Positions 15,232 to 24,138 of a DNA stretch of 64,000 bases are shown one piece after another (the first letter of the stretch is position 1; every line of letters begins with the position of its first letter). This DNA is from an uncultured Vicinamibacteraceae bacterium (GTDB lineage Bacteria; Acidobacteriota; Vicinamibacteria; Vicinamibacterales; UBA8438). The notes beneath the pieces are model-generated. The model had not been told where the DNA came from and made no database searches. It saw nothing but the letters and a program-made list of their open reading frames with translations. The translations under genes and the position numbers were made by a program. Location: positions 255-64,254 of the forward strand of contig CAZWUJ010000021.1 in the NCBI GenBank assembly GCA_964636705.1, written 5' to 3'.

Positions 15232-15278
15232 CCGCGGCCTGGAGGCCGCGGTTGCCAGGGGAAGGCTGCGCCTTCCCC
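15232..15278. repeat. two adjacent G/C-rich perfect hairpins in the suf upstream region
   Basis: CCGCGGCCT gg AGGCCGCGG (15232-15251) and GGGGAAGGC tgc GCCTTCCCC (15258-15278). The 15-mer GGCTGCGCCTTCCCC also occurs at 15184-15198. Confidence 0.6.
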
Positions 15279-15308
15279 TTGCGCCGTCCCCGTACGGTTG
15301 GATAGAAT
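15279..15308 (+). promoter_or_regulatory. candidate sigma-70 promoter of the suf operon
   Basis: TTGCGC (15279-15284), an 18-nt spacer, then TAGAAT (15303-15308). The predicted start falls at the left edge of the palindrome at 15314. Confidence 0.3.
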
Positions 15309-15313
15309 CTTAG

Positions 15314-15338
15314 ATACCCGACTAATTCAGTCGGGATT
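15314..15338. promoter_or_regulatory. IscR type-1-like (Rrf2-family) palindrome, also foldable as an intrinsic-terminator-like hairpin
   Basis: ATACCCGACTAATTCAGTCGGGATT compared with my recollection of the E. coli IscR type 1 consensus ATASYYGACTRWWWYAGTCRRSTAT. Only the last three positions differ. The stem CCCGACT/AGTCGGG is followed by ATTTTTT and a second GACT-G-AGTC at 15343-15351. Confidence 0.45.
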
Positions 15339-15402
15339 TTTTGACTGAGTCAGGCGCGGGATCCGGCCTGCCCAGGCCCCGCGCCGTTGCAGGAGACGGG
15401 TG

Positions 15403-16845
15403 ATGGCGACATCGACCGACAACATCGAACAACTGGCGACCCAGGACTACAAGTACGGGTTCGTCACGGATATCGACGCCGACGCGATTCCGCCCGGACT
15501 GAACGAGGACATCATCCGGGTCATCTCGGCGAAGAAGGGCGAGCCGGAGTGGCTGCTCGACTGGCGGCTGAACGCGTTCCGCGTCTGGAGCGAGATGACC
15601 GAGCCGCAGTGGCACAATGTCCACTACCCGCCGGTCGACTTCCAGTCGATCATCTACTACTCGGCGCCGAAGCAGAAGCCGAAGCTCGAGAGCCTCGACG
15701 ACCTCGATCCGGAGATCAAGGCGACCTTCGACAAGCTGGGGATCCCGCTCGAGGAGCAGAAGATGATGGCCGGCGTCGCGGTCGACGCGGTGTTCGACTC
15801 GGTCTCGGTCGCCACGACGTTCAAGGACAAGCTGGCCGAGCTGGGGATCATCTTCTGCTCGTTCTCGGAGGCGGTGCGGGACTATCCCGACCTGGTCCGG
15901 AAGTACCTCGGCTCGGTGGTTCCCGCCTCTGACAACTTCTACGCCGCGCTCAACTCGGCCGTCTTCTCCGACGGGTCGTTCGCCTACATCCCGAAGGGCG
16001 TCCGGTGTCCGATGGAGCTCTCGACCTACTTCCGCATCAACGCGGCGCAGACCGGCCAGTTCGAGCGGACGCTGCTCGTCGCGGACGAAGGCGCGACGGT
16101 CAGCTACCTGGAAGGGTGCACGGCCCCGATGCGCGACGAGAACCAGCTCCACGCGGCGGTGGTCGAGCTGGTCGCTCTCGATGACGCGACCATCAAGTAC
16201 TCCACCGTCCAGAACTGGTACCCCGGCGACAAGGACGGCAAGGGCGGCATCTACAACTTCGTCACCAAGCGGGGCAAGGCGTTCACCAACGCGAAGATCA
16301 CCTGGACACAGGTGGAGACCGGCTCGGCGATCACCTGGAAGTACCCGAGCTGCATCCTGCAGGGCGACAACTCGGTGGGCGAGTTCTACTCGGTCGCCGT
16401 CACGAACAATCACCAGCAGGCGGACACCGGCACGAAGATGCTCCACCTCGGGAAAAACACCCGCAGCACCATCGTGTCGAAGGGCATCTCTGCCGGCCAG
16501 GGCCAGAACACCTACCGCGGGCTGGTCCGCATCGGCAAGAACGCAAAGGGCGCCCGGAACTTCTCGCAGTGCGATTCGCTGCTCATCGGCGACAAGTGCG
16601 GCGCCCACACGTTCCCGTACCTGGAGGTGCGCAACACGTCGTCTCAGGTGGAGCACGAGGCGTCGACGTCGAAGATCGGCGAGGACCAGATCTTCTATTG
16701 CCGGCAGCGCGGGCTGTCGACGGAGGACGCGGTCAACATGATCGTCAACGGCTTCTGCAAGGAGGTCTTCCGCGAGCTGCCGATGGAGTTCGCGGTCGAG
16801 GCGCAGAAGCTGCTCGGCATCAGTCTGGAAGGAAGTGTCGGATAG
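15403..16845 (+). CDS. sufB: Fe-S cluster assembly protein SufB
   Basis: Full-length SufB-like sequence ([42 protein letters not shown]). AGGAG lies 7 nt before ATG 15403. Confidence 0.95.
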   Translation: MATSTDNIEQLATQDYKYGFVTDIDADAIPPGLNEDIIRVISAKKGEPEWLLDWRLNAFRVWSEMTEPQWHNVHYPPVDFQSIIYYSAPKQKPKLESLDDLDPEIKATFDKLGIPLEEQKMMAGVAVDAVFDSVSVATTFKDKLAELGIIFCSFSEAVRDYPDLVRKYLGSVVPASDNFYAALNSAVFSDGSFAYIPKGVRCPMELSTYFRINAAQTGQFERTLLVADEGATVSYLEGCTAPMRDENQLHAAVVELVALDDATIKYSTVQNWYPGDKDGKGGIYNFVTKRGKAFTNAKITWTQVETGSAITWKYPSCILQGDNSVGEFYSVAVTNNHQQADTGTKMLHLGKNTRSTIVSKGISAGQGQNTYRGLVRIGKNAKGARNFSQCDSLLIGDKCGAHTFPYLEVRNTSSQVEHEASTSKIGEDQIFYCRQRGLSTEDAVNMIVNGFCKEVFRELPMEFAVEAQKLLGISLEGSVG

Positions 16846-16847
16846 CC

Positions 16848-17618
16848 ATGCTGGAAGTTACGAATCTGCACGCCTCGGTCGCGGGGCGCGAAATCCTGAA
16901 GGGGGTCAACCTCTCGGTCAAGGCGGGCGAGGTGCACGCCATCATGGGGCCGAACGGCTCCGGCAAGAGCACGCTGGCCGCCGTGCTGGCAGGTCGCGAG
17001 GACTACGAAGTGTCCGCGGGGTCAATCAGCTACAACGGCCAGGACCTGTTGGACATGGAGCCGGAAGATCGGGCGCGCGAGGGTGTCTTCCTCGCCTTCC
17101 AGTACCCGGTGGAGATCCCCGGCGTCAACAATGCCTACCTGCTGAAGGCGGGCTTGAATGAAGTGCGTAGGCATCGCGGGCAGCCGGAGCTGGACGCCAT
17201 CGATTTCATGGCGCTCGTCAAGGAGCGGCTGAACATCCTGCACATCGACCAGAGCCTGCTCAACCGGCCGGTCAACGAGGGGTTCTCCGGCGGCGAGAAG
17301 AAGCGGAACGAGATCTTCCAGATGGCCGTGCTCGAGCCGAAGCTCGCCATCATGGACGAGACGGACTCGGGCCTCGACATCGACGCTCTCAAGACGGTTT
17401 CCGAGGGCGTTAACGCGATGCGCAGCCCGGACCGCGCGATCGTCGTCGTCACTCACTATCAGCGGCTGCTGAACTACATCGTCCCGGACGTCGTGCACGT
17501 GCTGTCGGATGGCCGGATCGTCAAGTCGGGCGGCAAGGAGCTCGCCCTCGAACTCGAAGAGAAGGGCTACGGCTGGATCGCCGACGGCGCGCCGGCCGGG
17601 GCGGCCGCGGGGGCCTGA
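16848..17618 (+). CDS. sufC: Fe-S cluster assembly ATPase SufC
   Basis: MLEVTNLHASV, Walker A GPNGSGKST, ABC signature FSGGEKKR and Walker B AIMDETDSGLD. Confidence 0.95.
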   Translation: MLEVTNLHASVAGREILKGVNLSVKAGEVHAIMGPNGSGKSTLAAVLAGREDYEVSAGSISYNGQDLLDMEPEDRAREGVFLAFQYPVEIPGVNNAYLLKAGLNEVRRHRGQPELDAIDFMALVKERLNILHIDQSLLNRPVNEGFSGGEKKRNEIFQMAVLEPKLAIMDETDSGLDIDALKTVSEGVNAMRSPDRAIVVVTHYQRLLNYIVPDVVHVLSDGRIVKSGGKELALELEEKGYGWIADGAPAGAAAGA

Positions 17619-17622
17619 CACG

Positions 17623-18984
17623 GTGACCGACACGACGACCTCCATCGCTCCCGCCGAAGCCTACGCCGACGCCTTCGAGGCGGTGCGCCGCGCCGCTCCC
17701 GTACCGGCCGGCGTGGTCGAGCTGCGGCGGCGCGCCTTCGAGCACTTCACCGGACTCGGCATCCCGACGACGAAGCTGGAGCGGTGGCGTTTCACGAACA
17801 TCGCGCCGATCGCCGGCACCGCGTTCACGCTGGCGACCGATGCGGACCGTGACGCGGCCATCGCCACGACTGGTCCGCATGCCGTCGTGCCCAACGGGAT
17901 CACCTTCATCAACGGGACCTACGTCGCTCCCGCATCGCACCTTGACGGTCTGCCGTCCGGCGTCGAGGTGCGAAGCCTCGCGGACGCGGTCGCGTCGAAC
18001 GACGAGCAAACGCTGGCCGCGGTGGAAGCGCATCTCGGAGCGGACGCGCCGATCGACGGCGAGGCGTTGACGGCGCTCAACACCGCGCTGCTGCGCGACG
18101 CCGCCATCGTGCGCGTCCCCGCCAACACGGTGGTCGAAGAGCCGATTCAACTGCTGTTCGTAACCGTTCCGCCCCCGCACGGAACGCCGGTGATGACTCA
18201 TCCGCGCGTCCTCCTGCTCGTCGGGGAGAACGCCCAGGTCCGCGTGGTGGAGAGCTACGGCGGCGGCGACGGCGCGCCGTACTTCTCGAACGCCGTGACC
18301 GAGGTGGTCGCCGGCCCGAACGCCGTCGTGGACCACTACAAGGTCGTCCGGGAGAGCGCCGCCGCGTACCACATAGGGTCGATGCATCTTCGTTGCGAGC
18401 GCGCCGCGACGTTCTCGTCGCACGCGGTGACGCTGGGCGGCGCGATCGTTCGGAACGACGCGCACGCGGTGCTCGACGGCGAGGGCGTCGAGTGCACGTT
18501 GAACGGCCTGTACCTGGCGGACGGAGAGCGGCTCATCGACAACCACACGACCATCCATCACGCAAAGCCGCACTGCGACAGCCACGAGCTGTACAAGGGC
18601 ATCCTCGACGGCCGGGCGCGCGCGGTGTTCAACGGCAAGATCATCGTCGCCATCGACGCGCAGAAGACCGACGCGAAGCAGACGAACAAGGCACTGCTGC
18701 TGTCGGAAGATGCGCAGATCAACACCAAGCCGGAATTGGAGATCTTCGCGGACGACGTCAAGTGCACGCACGGTGCGACGGTGGGGCAGCTCGACGAGGA
18801 TGCGATGTTCTACCTGCGTGCCCGCGGCCTCGGCGTCGAGCAGGCGCGCAACGTCCTGATCCACGCTTTCGCCAGCGACCTGCTGAACCGGATCCGGGTT
18901 GAAGCGATCCGGGATCAGCTCGACGATCTCCTCCTCGCGCAGTTGCCCGGCTCCGGCGGAGGGTCGTTCCATGTCACTCCCTGA
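17623..18984 (+). CDS. sufD: Fe-S cluster assembly protein SufD
   Basis: The C-terminal region (HTTIHHAKPHCDSHELYKGIL, KTDAKQTNKALLLS, ELEIFADDVKCTHGATVGQLDEDAMFYLRARG) is SufD-like. The GTG start lies 4 nt after the sufC stop. Confidence 0.9.
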   Translation: MTDTTTSIAPAEAYADAFEAVRRAAPVPAGVVELRRRAFEHFTGLGIPTTKLERWRFTNIAPIAGTAFTLATDADRDAAIATTGPHAVVPNGITFINGTYVAPASHLDGLPSGVEVRSLADAVASNDEQTLAAVEAHLGADAPIDGEALTALNTALLRDAAIVRVPANTVVEEPIQLLFVTVPPPHGTPVMTHPRVLLLVGENAQVRVVESYGGGDGAPYFSNAVTEVVAGPNAVVDHYKVVRESAAAYHIGSMHLRCERAATFSSHAVTLGGAIVRNDAHAVLDGEGVECTLNGLYLADGERLIDNHTTIHHAKPHCDSHELYKGILDGRARAVFNGKIIVAIDAQKTDAKQTNKALLLSEDAQINTKPELEIFADDVKCTHGATVGQLDEDAMFYLRARGLGVEQARNVLIHAFASDLLNRIRVEAIRDQLDDLLLAQLPGSGGGSFHVTP

Positions 18985-20266
18985 GACGGTGACGGCGGCG
19001 GCGCCCGCGCCGGCTGCTGCGCCTGTGACGCCGTCCGCCGCTCCCGCGTTCGACGTAGAACGCATCCGGGCCGACTTCCCGATCCTCCGCCGGCAGATCC
19101 GCGAACACTCGCTCGCCTATCTCGACAACGCCGCGACGACGCAGAAGCCGCGCGCCGTTCTCGACGCGATTGCCCGCTACTACAGCAACGGGAACGCCAA
19201 TATCCACCGGGGCGTCTACGTGCTGAGCGAGGAGGCGACGGCGGCCTACGATGCCGCGCGCGTCACCGTCCAGCGCTTCCTGAACGCGCGCACTCCGCGC
19301 GAGATCGTCTTCACTCGCAACTCGACCGAGAGCATCAACCTGGTGGCGCAGAGCTTCGGCCGGCGCCAGGTCGGCGCGGGCGACGAAGTGCTGATCACGC
19401 ACATGGAGCACCACTCGAACATCGTTCCGTGGCAGCTTCTGTGCGAGCAGATGGATGCGCGGCTGCGGGTGGTCCCCATCGACGACCACGGCGTGTTGCA
19501 GATGGACGAGTTCGAGCGCCTGATCACCTCGCGCACGCGGATGATCTCCGTCGTGCACCTGTCCAATTCCCTCGGCACGATCAACCCGGTGGGCGATATC
19601 GTAGAGCTGGCGCGCCGCCACGGTGTGCCGGTGCTCATCGACGCGTCGCAGTCGGTCTACCACATGCCGGTGGACGTGCAGGCGCTGGACTGCGACTTCC
19701 TATGTTTCACCGGGCACAAGACCTACGGGCCGACCGGCATCGGCGTCCTCTACGGGCGCGAGGCGCTGCTCGACGCAATGCCGCCCTACCAGGGTGGTGG
19801 TGACATGATCCGGTCGGTGACGTTCGAGAAGACCACCTACGCCGATCTGCCGAACAAGTTCGAGGCGGGGACGCCGAACATCGCTGGCGTTGTCGGCCTG
19901 GGCGCCGCGCTCGACTATCTGACCGGCATCGGCTTCGAGGCGATTGCGCCGCACGAGGCGGATCTCCTCGCCTACGGCACGGCGGCGCTTTCCGAGGTCA
20001 AGGGTCTGCGGCTCATCGGCACGGCCCCGGACAAGGCGAGCATCCTGGCCTTCGTGATGAAGGGGGCGCACCCCCACGACGTCGGCACGATCGTCGACAC
20101 GGAGGGAGTGGCGATTCGGACCGGCCACCACTGCACACAGCCAATCATGGACTACTTTGGAGTGCCGGCTACGGCACGCGCGTCCGTCGCGATGTACAGC
20201 ACGCGGGCGGAGATCGATGCACTCGTCCGGGCTCTCGAACGAGTGCGGGAGATGTTTCCTCTATGA
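18971..20266 (+). CDS. sufS: cysteine desulfurase SufS
   Basis: YLDNAATTQKP, ANIHRGVY, PLP lysine in FTGHKTYGPTGIG and catalytic Cys in RTGHHCTQP. Confidence 0.95.
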   Translation: MSLPETVTAAAPAPAAAPVTPSAAPAFDVERIRADFPILRRQIREHSLAYLDNAATTQKPRAVLDAIARYYSNGNANIHRGVYVLSEEATAAYDAARVTVQRFLNARTPREIVFTRNSTESINLVAQSFGRRQVGAGDEVLITHMEHHSNIVPWQLLCEQMDARLRVVPIDDHGVLQMDEFERLITSRTRMISVVHLSNSLGTINPVGDIVELARRHGVPVLIDASQSVYHMPVDVQALDCDFLCFTGHKTYGPTGIGVLYGREALLDAMPPYQGGGDMIRSVTFEKTTYADLPNKFEAGTPNIAGVVGLGAALDYLTGIGFEAIAPHEADLLAYGTAALSEVKGLRLIGTAPDKASILAFVMKGAHPHDVGTIVDTEGVAIRTGHHCTQPIMDYFGVPATARASVAMYSTRAEIDALVRALERVREMFPL

Positions 20267-20709
20267 GCGAACTGCGCGAGCTGTACCAGGAAGTAATCCT
20301 GGACCACAATCGACACCCGCACAATTTCCGCGAGCTGGATGGCGCGGACCGCCACGCGGACGGCTACAACCCGCTGTGCGGCGACCGCCTGGGTGTCTAT
20401 GTCAACCTGGATGGCGACACGATTGTCGACATCAGCTTCATCGGATCCGGCTGCGCCATATCGAAGGCATCGGCGTCTCTGATGACTGACGCCATCCGCG
20501 GCCGGACGCTCGATGAGGCACGGCAACTCTTCGAACAGTTCCTGACGCTCGTGACCGACAACACGGCGGAAGCGAGTCCGGCGCTCGGCAAGTTGGCCGT
20601 CTTCGCCGGCGTGCGCGACTATCCCACGCGCGTCAAGTGCGCCAGCCTCGCCTGGCACACGCTACGCGCGGCGGTCGACGACCGCCACGAGACGGTGACG
20701 ACGGAGTAG
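20263..20709 (+). CDS. sufU: SUF scaffold/sulfur-transfer protein SufU (NifU/IscU-like N-terminal domain)
   Basis: LYQEVILDHNRHPHNF, NPLCGD, GSGCAISKASASLM and RVKCASLAW. ATGA overlap with sufS. Confidence 0.9.
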   Translation: MSELRELYQEVILDHNRHPHNFRELDGADRHADGYNPLCGDRLGVYVNLDGDTIVDISFIGSGCAISKASASLMTDAIRGRTLDEARQLFEQFLTLVTDNTAEASPALGKLAVFAGVRDYPTRVKCASLAWHTLRAAVDDRHETVTTE

Positions 20710-20712
20710 ATT

Positions 20713-21381
20713 ATGGGGATCCTGAACCTGAGTGACGTGCCGCCGCCGTTCGACGACGCGCCGGACAGTTCGCCGACCGGTGCGCCGGCCTCCAGGCCGG
20801 CAAATGCTTCGGCGGGTTCGCCGGCCTCCAGGCCGGCAGATCCTGGTCCGCCGCCTTCCCGGCCGGCTCCCGGCGCAACCACCAAGACCACCGCGACCGG
20901 CGCCGTCATCCCGTCCCACGTCGACGGTTCCGCTCCGCCACCCGCGGCGCCGGGAGCGGAGTCCTCCATCTTCGATACCAGTGCGCTGACCGGTCCCGAC
21001 CCGGCTTCCTCCGCGTCGGCGCCCGAGCCGCCCTCCGAGCCGGCTGCCGCGGTCGATGCCGATCCCGTCCGCACGCTTGAGCTGAAGCCGCAGATCGTCG
21101 AGCAGCTCTCGACCGTCTACGACCCGGAGATCCCGGTCAACATCTACGAGCTGGGACTCATCTACGACATCGGAGTCAGCAAGGACGGGGTCGCGGTGAT
21201 TCAGATGACGCTGACGGCGCCCGGCTGTCCCGCGGCAGTCACGCTTCCGGCGGAGGTGCAGGGGAAGGTCAAGTCGATCGAGGGCGTGACCAAGGCCCGC
21301 GTCGACCTGGTCTGGGAGCCTCCCTGGGACAAGGACCGGATGTCAGACGCCGCCAAGCTTCAACTCGGCATCTTCGACTGA
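20713..21381 (+). CDS. sufT: SufT-like DUF59/MIP18 protein with a Pro/Ala/Ser-rich N-terminal extension of about 115 aa
   Basis: The C-terminal 100 aa (VYDPEIPVNIYELGLIYD...LTAPGCP...VWEPPWDKDRMSD) is a DUF59 domain. No in-frame ATG/GTG/TTG start lies between 20713 and the domain, so the extension appears to be translated. Confidence 0.75.
   Translation: MGILNLSDVPPPFDDAPDSSPTGAPASRPANASAGSPASRPADPGPPPSRPAPGATTKTTATGAVIPSHVDGSAPPPAAPGAESSIFDTSALTGPDPASSASAPEPPSEPAAAVDADPVRTLELKPQIVEQLSTVYDPEIPVNIYELGLIYDIGVSKDGVAVIQMTLTAPGCPAAVTLPAEVQGKVKSIEGVTKARVDLVWEPPWDKDRMSDAAKLQLGIFD
20784..20840. repeat. two copies of an 18-bp palindrome GCCGGCCTCCAGGCCGGC inside the SufT-like CDS
   Basis: The copies are at 20784-20801 and 20820-20837, each read as PASRPA. 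The second copy with its flanks (20815-20840, GGTTCGCCGGCCTCCAGGCCGGCAGA) is identical over 26 nt to 21422-21447. Confidence 0.85.
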
Positions 21382-21421
21382 GCCGCTGCGCCCCGACCGG
21401 CCTCTGTGGCGCTCGGGATCT

Positions 21422-21485
21422 GGTTCGCCGGCCTCCAGGCCGGCAGAGTTCACGGGGGAAGTGCCGGCCTGGAGGCCGGCGAACC
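21422..21485. repeat. REP-like element: perfect 24-bp inverted repeat with 16-nt spacer between convergent genes
   Basis: GGTTCGCCGGCCTCCAGGCCGGCA (21422-21445) and its exact reverse complement (21462-21485). Each arm is itself the 18-bp palindrome. It could act as a bidirectional terminator. Confidence 0.85.
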
Positions 21486-21489
21486 GTCA

Positions 21490-22257
21490 CTACAGCGGTT
21501 CGACCGTGACGTCGGAGATCCGCACCGTCGACAGCAGGCGCATCGTGCTCGCGACGTAGTCGGGCGAGAGCGTGTCGACCGGCACCTTGCCCCCGTCGAC
21601 CGCGTAGTTGTCCTGGTCGGAGAAAAGCACGCCGTTCACCCGCTCGAACGAAATGGCCCGGCGGTAGCGCAGCCCGTTGTCGAAGTCATAACCGAACTGC
21701 TCGACACGGCCGGTTTCCGGATCGAACCAGAACGTGTAGGCGTCGTCCGCGTCGTTGCTCGTGCCCGGATTGAACGTCACCTTCACCCGATGCAGGTCGC
21801 GGCCTTCCCATCGTTCGATGCCGCGGTCCTCGAACAGCACGTCGTCGCCCTTGAGCGTGTAGGGCAGCAGGGGGAAGAAGACCCGTGCGTTGACGAACGC
21901 GGTGGCGCGCTGCACATCCTCTTCGTCGAGTTCCGATTCCGCGCCGTCGATCCACTCGGAAACGCCCTCGTTCGTCAACTGCACGCGCCTTTCCGGCCGC
22001 TCGCCCTGGGCCGGGTTGATCACGACGAAGTCGAACTCTCCACCATTCCGCGTCGCCTCGATCTGAAAACTCCCCGAGAGCGACGAAATGGTCATCGTCA
22101 TGCTCGAGCGCTCGTACAAGTCCCCGCCGTGGTAGGCGATCGCCTTCTCGACGATCTCCGGCAACGGCGGATCCGGCGCCGCCGGCGGCCCGCAGGCGAG
22201 CGTCGCGATGGAAACCGCGGCGACGATGATTCCGGCAACGGCATGGCGTGGAGTCAT
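21490..22257 (-). CDS. lipoprotein of unknown function
   Basis: Lipobox ATLACG follows MTPRHAVAGIIVAAVSI. The rest is soluble and beta-rich, with no family recognised. Confidence 0.65.
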   Translation of the reverse strand: MTPRHAVAGIIVAAVSIATLACGPPAAPDPPLPEIVEKAIAYHGGDLYERSSMTMTISSLSGSFQIEATRNGGEFDFVVINPAQGERPERRVQLTNEGVSEWIDGAESELDEEDVQRATAFVNARVFFPLLPYTLKGDDVLFEDRGIERWEGRDLHRVKVTFNPGTSNDADDAYTFWFDPETGRVEQFGYDFDNGLRYRRAISFERVNGVLFSDQDNYAVDGGKVPVDTLSPDYVASTMRLLSTVRISDVTVEPL

Positions 22258-22383
22258 CACAGCATCCTCAGTTCTCGCGAGCCGGCACGGCACGCGCAAA
22301 GCCACAGTCTATACCCGCCCCGCTGTCTGCAACGTATGCCGCGAGGGCTGTCCGCCGGCGCCGCTCCGAAGCCTCGCTGTTCC

Positions 22384-22773
22384 TCAGGGCACGCGGGCAA
22401 CGCCAGGGCGATAGTCGAATCCGGCGTCACAGGTGAATACGACCTGCGCGCCGCGCCGCTCCATCACCGCAAGGTGCAGGCAGTCACGCGCGGAAAGGAC
22501 TCGCTGCTCTTGCGCGATCCGCCGGGCCGCCTCCACGTCGTCTCGAGTGATCGGAAAGACGGACGTCACGAGTTCATCGAGCATCCGGAACCCGTCGTCG
22601 ATCGCGTGGCGGCGGTCTATGGCCACGTAGCGGTGCAGTATCTCCTGGTACACCTCGGCGCTCGTGACGTAGTCCTCCGCCGGATGCTGCCGAAGGAACG
22701 CCTCGATCCGGTCCCGGTTGGGGTGCGGGCCACCAACGAGGTACATCGGGATGTTGGAATCAACGAAGATCAC
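22384..22773 (-). CDS. vapC: PIN-domain toxin VapC
   Basis: MIFVDSNIPMY (first acidic residue), TSAEVYQEILH, SARDCLHLAVM and FTCDAGF give the PIN signature order. Confidence 0.85.
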   Translation of the reverse strand: MIFVDSNIPMYLVGGPHPNRDRIEAFLRQHPAEDYVTSAEVYQEILHRYVAIDRRHAIDDGFRMLDELVTSVFPITRDDVEAARRIAQEQRVLSARDCLHLAVMERRGAQVVFTCDAGFDYRPGVARVP

Positions 22774-23008
22774 GGCCGTTTTCTATATCGGCGAGCATCT
22801 CGTCGATGTTGCCCGTGGGGTGGCCGCACGCGAGCGCCTGGTCGAGCGCGCGAAGCCGGCTTTCCGGTGTCGGTCCTGAGCCGGCATCCCGAGCACGGCG
22901 TAACGTGCGTCGCGCCCATTCGCTCAGGGTCAAGCCCGCCCGCGTGGCGACCTGCCGCAAGGACGCCAACTCCTCCTCCGACATGACGATCTGAAGCCGA
23001 GTACTCAC
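22760..23008 (-). CDS. vapB: ribbon-helix-helix (CopG-like) antitoxin VapB
   Basis: MSTRLQIVMSEEELASLRQVATRAGLTLSEWARRTLR is an RHH fold pattern. The gene overlaps vapC by 14 nt and has a GTG start. Confidence 0.8.
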   Translation of the reverse strand: MSTRLQIVMSEEELASLRQVATRAGLTLSEWARRTLRRARDAGSGPTPESRLRALDQALACGHPTGNIDEMLADIENGRDLR

Positions 23009-23097
23009 AAGTATGAGTATACGCTCACTTGCCGACCGCAGAGTTACCAGACAAGCGGAGTAGCCGCGAGGAGCCGTGCGTGGGCGATAATCCGGGC

Positions 23098-24033
23098 ATG
23101 CCCCATCGGGTCCGCGTGTTTGCCCCGGCCACGGCGTCCAACCTGGGCCCGGGCTTCGACGTGCTGGGACTGGCGCTGGACCGGCCCGGCGACCTGGTCG
23201 AGGCGGAGCGGCGGGATCAACCGGGGGCCGAGATCGTCGCAGTGACCGGGGCCGACTCGCTGAGCACGGATCCCGGCGAGAACGTGGTCGGCATAGCGGC
23301 AGCGGCGGCGCTGGAACGGCTGGACGACACCGGCGCCGGCGTTCGACTCTGGCTGCACAAGCAGATGCCCCTGGGCAGCGGCCTCGGCAGTTCCGCCGCC
23401 AGCAGCGTTGCGGGGGCCGTGGCGGTGAACGCGCTGTTCGGAAGCGCGCTCTCGGCGGACGATCTCGTAGCCTGCGCGTTGCGGGGAGAGGCGGCGGCGT
23501 CGGGAACGGCGCATGCCGACAACGTGGCGCCGTGCGTGATGGGCGGGATCGTCCTGATCCGGTCGTCGGACCCGCTCGATCTGATCCGGTTGCCGGTCCC
23601 GGACGCGCTGCGGGTCGTCCTGGTGCATCCGCATGCGGAGGTGCTGACCGCCGAGGCGCGTCGGTTGGTGGCGGAGCGACGATTCTCCATCGGTCAGGCC
23701 GTCGCCAACCTGGGGAATGTCGCCGCGCTGGTGGCGGCGCTGCATCAGGGAGACCTCGCGATGCTCGGGCGAAGCATCAGCGACGCGCTCGTGGAGCCGA
23801 TTCGGGCTCCGCTTGTGCCCGCGTTCGCGGAAGTCAAGGAAGCGGCGCTCGATGCCGGAGCCCTCGGCTGTTCGATTTCGGGGTCGGGACCGAGCGTCCT
23901 CGCGTTCGCGGACTCGGATGCGGCCGCCGACACGGTCGCGACATCGATGGAGAAGGCTTTCGCTGATGCCGGCGTTACGTGCGACCGTTACGTCGGGCCG
24001 GTCAACCGGGACGGCGCACGGGTGGTCGGCTAG
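23098..24033 (+). CDS. thrB: homoserine kinase
   Basis: VFAPATASNLGPGFDVLG and the GHMP motif PLGSGLGSSAASSVA. Confidence 0.9.
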   Translation: MPHRVRVFAPATASNLGPGFDVLGLALDRPGDLVEAERRDQPGAEIVAVTGADSLSTDPGENVVGIAAAAALERLDDTGAGVRLWLHKQMPLGSGLGSSAASSVAGAVAVNALFGSALSADDLVACALRGEAAASGTAHADNVAPCVMGGIVLIRSSDPLDLIRLPVPDALRVVLVHPHAEVLTAEARRLVAERRFSIGQAVANLGNVAALVAALHQGDLAMLGRSISDALVEPIRAPLVPAFAEVKEAALDAGALGCSISGSGPSVLAFADSDAAADTVATSMEKAFADAGVTCDRYVGPVNRDGARVVG

Positions 24034-24138
24034 CGGGCTGCGCCGTGGAACGGTGCAGGCTGCCAGGTAGGCCTGGCTGGGCGGCCATCGGAGCCGCAGG
24101 CGACAATAGTCGGGCTGGAGTCGGCGGAGCCCGCGGTC

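Noticed and set aside
15322-16656. 444-aa minus-strand ORF opposite sufB (similar case: 17521-19065 opposite sufD)
   Set aside because: The plus-strand products are unmistakable SufB and SufD. The antisense frames are compositional artefacts.
21406-22986. 526-aa plus-strand ORF
   Set aside because: It runs antisense across a lipoprotein gene, a PIN toxin gene and an RHH antitoxin gene, all with good signatures and gene junctions.
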